Below are positions 6,406-11,101 of a stretch of 11,101 nt of DNA, in pieces (position 1 is the first letter of the stretch; every line of letters starts with the position of its first letter). Source of the stretch: Amoebophrya sp. A120 (Eukaryota > Protista > Dinoflagellata); NCBI GenBank assembly GCA_905178155.1, contig CAJINV010000079.1, forward strand, positions 1 to 11,101. Reading direction: 5' to 3'. The notes under the pieces are model-generated. The model had not been told where the DNA came from and did no database searches. It worked only from the letters and a program-made list of their open reading frames with translations. Made by a program: the position numbers and the translations under genes.

Positions 6406-8562
6406 ATGCCGGAAGAAGATGCTTTGATGCAGGATGGGGATTTGATACCAAGACCGAAGTTGGGAGAGCGTTTGTTCGGGACTGTCCAGCGACTGGGCTG
6501 GAGGAAGGACCCGTCGGACCCAGAGAAGAAGACGAAGCTTCTGGATGCGAACGGCAACCCAATCTGGGCCGGGTATGTCTTCGTCCGACCGCACAAGAAG
6601 TGCACGCACGATAGTTACGTGTTAATGAAAACGGGCATCAACCTCTCCAATTACACCACTATCCCGGAGGAACTGCTCGAGCAAGTTGCTGCGGCGTCTC
6701 AAGAGTTTGGAAAAAAAAACGATATTTTCCTCCACCAAAAAAACTGCGTCGGCTCGCTTGCGCAAGGGGTGTGCGTTCGCCCGCACTTCTCCCGGCGAAT
6801 TCAGAAGTGGAGGGAGCTCGACCAGTTCTACATAACCGGTTGCGACGTCCCGAATGTCGCTGTTTGTTCTACAATCCAGTCGCCGCTTGGACTTGACCAC
6901 CGCCACAAGTATCTTCGCCTTTGGGTCGAGTTTGCCTACCAGCGGCGTAACGTTATGCGGAAAAAGAAGGATGACAATAGTAGTGAACAGCCACCCGCCC
7001 CGCTGTGGCGGGCAACTCCTGGCGCCAGACACCAGTTCTCGCGGGCTGTAGTCGACCTTCTCTGCCCAGAGCCACAACAAACCAACGCTGACGCAGCGGC
7101 CGACGCGGAGGCCCCAGGCAGTGCGGGGCAGCTCGAGAATGATGACGCCGCCAACCTCCCGCTCGATCTTCCGCTGTCAAGCATACCTGAGGCACTTGTT
7201 CGGGCACAAGGAATCCTGAAGTCTTCAGCAGAGGAGGAGTTGCGCCGTTACAACAAATCGCACAACTACAAAGTCCGCCAGCGTCTTGATCTCCGTGTGC
7301 GCATCCTTCGCAAGACGATCCGGAAATTTTCGGCCGCTCTCAGCCCTGACGACGAAAGTGCCAATCTCAACTACCAAAACGCATGCCAGCAGCTTTCGGC
7401 CGTTCTGGAGGAGCGGGCGGCTTTTCTGGAGACGCAGAAAAGTGCGTTCAATACGGACTACCATGTGCGCTGCCAGCGCACGCTCAAGAAGAACCTGCAG
7501 AAGGGTGCTGCTTTCGACCCGAAGGATGCTGCTGAACATTTCCAGAAAGTAAGCGTTGCTCCAGGGGTGCCCAATGCTGATCTAATCCGCAGTGCCGTTC
7601 AGCCACTTGATGACGAGGGGCGGAAGCTTCTCCTGCGGGAGTTTACTGCTGAAGAATGCCGGGGCGCTGCGATGAGGCGCAAGAACTCGCTTCAGGTCGA
7701 CTTGTTTGGGGACAGCGTTGCACTTTGGAAAGCCCTCAACCATGAGGCCTGGACCGTCATCGCCCGCATTCTGAACCACCACCGAGCCACCAACTTTGCC
7801 GACATTGACGTTAAGGACAGCGACGACAAGATTCTCGCTGCCTCTGTCCGCCTGCTTTTTAAGGGCAAGGGGGACCCCTCGTCCCTCGATTGTTTCCGCG
7901 GAATCGTGAACACTTCTATCATTATTAAAATACTAACTGCGGTCCTAACGGAGCGACTTGATGCTGCATTGCGTCACTGCGGGTTTTTATCAGGAAGGCA
8001 GCACGGCTTTAGGAGGGGATGCCAGGTAGTCGTTGAGGCGCAGCGCGCGGCGGCGTTGAAGCCGGTGCAGCAACCGGTGCAGCCGGAGGGCTCGGTGTAC
8101 ACCGGTCCGTCGGCGTTTTTCCCGTGCAATCCGAAGCTCGGTCTGGCCCAGTACATCGTGAAAACCGAATTGCAGAAACTGGTGGACTATCCCTTGCAAA
8201 AGTATCGTCCTAGTAGAAATCCAAATCGCGTTGAAAATTCGGTCAGCATATATGGAATTTGTGATGCTGATTTCACTTCACAACTAGATTTGTACATACG
8301 AGTGCGATCCTTTTGCAATGCATATCGATGGTTCCGACGCGTCCTCGGACGTGAAACTGCAATTGCAGGAGATCATGGAGAAGGTCGCGAAAATCTGATG
8401 AGGTTCTTGGTTTCAGGAATGAGTAGAACGAAGCTTCGGCTTCGTTTTATGGGAACTAGGGCTTTATTCACACCTTCGACATCCACGAACAGCATGAGTT
8501 TCAGTGCGCATCAAATGATAGATTTTATTACTAGCAACCAGGAATGTTTGAGCGAGTTATGA
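6406..8562 (+). CDS. Chimeric ORF (718 aa from the first ATG): cold-shock-like domain + truncated LINE endonuclease/RT + repeated module; may be a pseudogene
   Basis: Uninterrupted frame 6316-8562 with the first ATG at 6406. CSD-like motifs RLFGTV...AGYVFV...DIFLHQ...LAQGVCV, APE-end-like RELDQFYIT...LDHR, and RT motifs to QHGFRRG. No YxDD catalytic motif. Confidence 0.6.
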   Translation: MPEEDALMQDGDLIPRPKLGERLFGTVQRLGWRKDPSDPEKKTKLLDANGNPIWAGYVFVRPHKKCTHDSYVLMKTGINLSNYTTIPEELLEQVAAASQEFGKKNDIFLHQKNCVGSLAQGVCVRPHFSRRIQKWRELDQFYITGCDVPNVAVCSTIQSPLGLDHRHKYLRLWVEFAYQRRNVMRKKKDDNSSEQPPAPLWRATPGARHQFSRAVVDLLCPEPQQTNADAAADAEAPGSAGQLENDDAANLPLDLPLSSIPEALVRAQGILKSSAEEELRRYNKSHNYKVRQRLDLRVRILRKTIRKFSAALSPDDESANLNYQNACQQLSAVLEERAAFLETQKSAFNTDYHVRCQRTLKKNLQKGAAFDPKDAAEHFQKVSVAPGVPNADLIRSAVQPLDDEGRKLLLREFTAEECRGAAMRRKNSLQVDLFGDSVALWKALNHEAWTVIARILNHHRATNFADIDVKDSDDKILAASVRLLFKGKGDPSSLDCFRGIVNTSIIIKILTAVLTERLDAALRHCGFLSGRQHGFRRGCQVVVEAQRAAALKPVQQPVQPEGSVYTGPSAFFPCNPKLGLAQYIVKTELQKLVDYPLQKYRPSRNPNRVENSVSIYGICDADFTSQLDLYIRVRSFCNAYRWFRRVLGRETAIAGDHGEGRENLMRFLVSGMSRTKLRLRFMGTRALFTPSTSTNSMSFSAHQMIDFITSNQECLSEL
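6778..8028 (+). mobile_element. Internal fragment of an APE-type non-LTR retrotransposon (LINE) ORF2, truncated at both ends
   Basis: FTAEECRGAA (7642) ... VRLLFKGKGDPSSLDCFRGIVNTSIIIKILTAVLTERL...LSGRQHGFRRG (to 8019) matches non-LTR RT domains 0-2 (consensus IPK.gd...nYRPIsL....KI...l..RL...Q.GF). Upstream RELDQFYI...LDH (6811-6900) resembles the RIDY...SDH end of the APE endonuclease at typical spacing. The left boundary is approximate. Confidence 0.85.
8030..8218 (+). repeat. Dispersed direct repeat, copy 2
   Basis: 8036-8218 matches 10912-11101 with 3 substitutions and one 7-bp indel. The first 70 bp match 6146-6215. The true right end is unknown because copy 3 leaves the window. Confidence 0.95.
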
Positions 8563-9518
8563 GCAGATTGTGACAGTGAATTGACCTGTACGCTCTTGTT
8601 CTTTCTAGTGCGTTTAGAATGTGAATCTTCGTTTTTTGTAAACAATGAATTCAAAATCAAAAATATGGGAAAACTCTTCTAGATCTACGTACCTAGCCGC
8701 ACGTATTCAGCAGTTGGGTTTCCGATTGAAATCTGTACAGAAGCAAAAAAATCAAGGCACTACAATCAAAATTAATTTCAGTATTCTCCTTCAGACATTT
8801 TATTAGAGCCAGCTATGTATCGCTACGAAAAGGAAAAGAATAAAGAAAAACAATACAAAAATTGGACGCTCACTGTACATCTAAGAACGTTGATGGATAA
8901 AGTCCCGCGCTTTCAGCATCGCCGCCGCTTTTTCAACGTGGAGCGTAATCGTTAGATTCTTGAAAGACAAACGGATAGGAAAAAACTTTATCTCAATGAT
9001 GTTGCTGGGCATGATGCGCACAGCATAGCACGCCCTACAACTTGTGAAGATGAAGGGTGTTTTAGTGTGCCGACCGTGTTTGTTTTTCCATGGTACCAGG
9101 AAGGCGAAGGTCGGTCATGGGTTTCTGTCTCCTGGGTAGCTACAAGTCGTGTTTTTTTCTTTTCGTCATTGGGGGAACTGAAATTGCAGAGCAAATGGGC
9201 GGTCCATGAGGATTTCAAAATCGTGTATGTGCTTTCGAAAACTACAGGCAAGGTAGCAAATACATTCGTCGTTTTACTCGTTCTTGACGACGAAACAAAA
9301 GCAGGCACCCCTCATCTTTTCGCGACCCCCACCAAACACGCCTCTTAAACCCCCATAAAACTCCCTTTGTTTCTTTTCGCTTGACCTCGAAATGTAAGTG
9401 AGCAGGAGCCTCCTGTGAAGCTGAAACAAAATTCCGAATCAAGTCGCGTAACGTAAAAAGCTGTACGTCTTGTTGCATAAACCGTTGCTTTTTCAAGACA
9501 GAAAAGCCAAAGTCAACA

Positions 9519-10148
9519 ATGCTCCGTGACAAGTACCCCGCCCCCCGACGCGGCGCCCGGCCGCAAACTGGCACTTGTTTGCCCCACTGCCAAATGACGG
9601 AAGAATCCTCCGAGGCGATATTCAAGGAATTCGTGGAAAGAGCGACAGAGATGCTGCAGGGAAACGACAAGGACGCGCTCGACTACTGTGTCGAAGTGGG
9701 CCCAACGGGGATCAGCGTCCCGTCTACTTTCCCGGCGTTTCACTGGAATTCACGGACGATGAGGCCAGCAGGTAAAGACGGTGGCATGAACACGATGAAC
9801 ACCAGGAATTGTTTTATGGTCGGTACCGAGTTCGCGCACATCCACGCGAAGTACTTTGAAAAAGATCCATTAAGAAGCGCAAAACAAGACACCCGAGAGC
9901 GAGACCGCCCCTGGCAGGTGTGGCAAGGCGGGGGGTTAGGATCAATGCATTTGACGCTGGATCTCCAAGACGCGGAGGAGCTGAACCGCCTTGGGTGGAC
10001 TGAATTCCATCTGCTAGCCGCGCAGAAGCACCCGGGAGTGCCGGCGGGGTTGGTGCTGGTTTACGCACCAAGGAATGAGGAGGAGATTGAGGTTTGTTTG
10101 AAGATTTTACAAGCAAGTTTGGATTTCGTGGTAGCGCATTTTAGATAA
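9519..10148 (+). CDS. Luciferase-domain (fungal Luz-like / DUF5519 family) protein, 209 aa
   Basis: Family motifs appear in order: PRRGARPQT...PHCQ, EFAHIH, GSMHLTL..QDA...GWTEFHLLA and LVYAPRNEEEIEVCLKILQAS. The ORF is clean from ATG (CAACAATG) to TAA with coding-like codon usage. Confidence 0.85.
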   Translation: MLRDKYPAPRRGARPQTGTCLPHCQMTEESSEAIFKEFVERATEMLQGNDKDALDYCVEVGPTGISVPSTFPAFHWNSRTMRPAGKDGGMNTMNTRNCFMVGTEFAHIHAKYFEKDPLRSAKQDTRERDRPWQVWQGGGLGSMHLTLDLQDAEELNRLGWTEFHLLAAQKHPGVPAGLVLVYAPRNEEEIEVCLKILQASLDFVVAHFR

Positions 10149-10680
10149 AGATTTTAGGATCGAGTTTATTGAGGCTAAAAACGGTGGAAAAGAAAGGAAC
10201 CAGCTGAACTCAACTTGTCTTCACCGCCTTTAGCTGCTGCTGCTGTAGTGCGCAGGTCTGTACGGTTCGGCTATGACTTGTGCACGAGTAGTGCAAGAAC
10301 CCGTGTTCATCTTTTGTGGTGTGGCCACGTGGCCAGGTCGTCTCGTTTCGATGCGTTTCGTCTACAGGACAGGAAAGACTTCTGAATCTGAGTTCAACAA
10401 TGTTGATTCAGACGAGCGGAGAGGCAGGATAAAATGTTGAGTCAATCGAGCGAAAAACAGTTCTGTCGTATTCGTCGTGATAATATGGAGGTTTGCACAG
10501 CTAGCGTCTCGTCGTTCGAGCGAAAGCTGAAGTTCCTCCACTATGATCGTAGGAACTTCTTCTACGCGTATATGAATGAAATTGAAAAGTAACTACTAGT
10601 AGTACTAGTACACACGACACCATCCAGCATACTACTGTGAAGAGCAACAGCACATCAAAAGAACACATCCCGAAAACAAA

Positions 10681-10911
10681 ATGGCGCCGAAAAAGAAGAG
10701 AGACAAGAATGGCGCCGAGGAAAAAGTAAAGCCGTCCTTCACCACCTTCGTTCGGCTACACGGGACTCTCGACGGTGATTCTGAAAACTTGTCAATCAAA
10801 GAATCACGGGAAGAGTCTCTTGATGGAGGACGAAGCACGAGTAAATCCAGGTCAAAATCTCCGTCGCCGAAAAAGCACACGAAAAAGGCGAATTCGGTAT
10901 CCACTGCATGA
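10681..10911 (+). CDS. Hypothetical Lys/Ser-rich protein or 5' fragment of a gene (MAPKKKR..., NLS-like)
   Basis: The ATG follows an A/C-rich leader (AAACAAAATGG) and the composition is coding-like. The ORF ends exactly at the junction with repeat copy 3. Confidence 0.5.
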   Translation: MAPKKKRDKNGAEEKVKPSFTTFVRLHGTLDGDSENLSIKESREESLDGGRSTSKSRSKSPSPKKHTKKANSVSTA

Positions 10912-11101
10912 AGGCGCAGCGCGCGGCGCGCGGCGGCGTTGAAGCCGGTGCAGCAACCGGTGCAGCCGGAGGGCTCGGTCTACCCCGGTCCGTCGGCGTT
11001 TTTCCTGTGCAATCCGAAGCTCGGTCTGGCCCAGTACATCGTGAAAACCGAATTGCAGAAACTGGTGGACTATCCCTTGCAAAAGTATCGTCCTAGTAGA
11101 A
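10912..11101 (+). repeat. Dispersed direct repeat, copy 3 (runs off the window end)
   Basis: Near-identical to 8036-8218, with a tandem 7-bp duplication CGCGCGG at 10920-10933. Confidence 0.95.

Noticed and set aside
8988-9348. ORFs 8988-9308 (-) and 9067-9348 (+)
   Set aside because: Short, no recognisable domain, and weak codon bias.
10592-10610. ACTACTAGTAGTACTAGTA palindromic patch as a Helitron end or regulatory site
   Set aside because: Short, low-complexity, and without the GC-rich subterminal hairpin expected for a Helitron 3' end.
10909-10911. Stop-codon reassignment as the reason for the in-frame TGA
   Set aside because: The long ORFs here use TGG for Trp and contain no internal stops under the standard code. 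The TGA lies right at a rearrangement junction.
6146-11101. Diversity-generating retroelement (RT plus template/variable repeats), retron or group II intron
   Set aside because: The RT motifs are non-LTR type and lack the catalytic domain. Differences between repeat copies (G/C, A/C, C/T) are not adenine-specific.
8030-11101. LTR retrotransposon with repeat copies 2 and 3 as LTRs
   Set aside because: There is no TG start, no evident PBS or PPT, and no gag/pol between the copies. The repeat looks like protein-coding sequence.

Overview
This looks like eukaryotic, probably protist, DNA. It has a canonical GT-AG intron, a LINE fragment and satellites. The general style is reminiscent of alveolate or dinoflagellate genomes such as Amoebophrya, but that is a weak inference. 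Layout: (1) 1-680: two related CACCTG/CAGGTG tandem arrays with 10-bp and 24-bp units. (2) ~1777-5637: a non-coding composite element bracketed by inverted GTAGAAAAAATCAAA motifs and a CACAAAT direct repeat, filled with a ~91-bp CpG-rich satellite. (3) 2220-3450: a 1.23-kb foldback element nested in that satellite, with TCAGT...ACTGA ends, ~60-bp TIRs, a central ~280-bp hairpin and a 7-bp TSD (TTGATAA). (4) 5732-6216: a small two-exon gene. (5) 6406-8562: a stop-free chimeric ORF made of a cold-shock-like domain, the end of an APE endonuclease, and the start of a non-LTR reverse transcriptase that breaks off before the catalytic motif. (6) 9519-10148: an intact intronless gene of the fungal-luciferase-like/DUF5519 family. 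(7) 10681-10911: a Lys/Ser-rich ORF. One coding module ('AQRAAALKPVQQPVQPEGSV...') occurs three times, each time joined to a different upstream coding sequence at nearly the same breakpoint. All family assignments are by-eye motif recognition; no searches were run.
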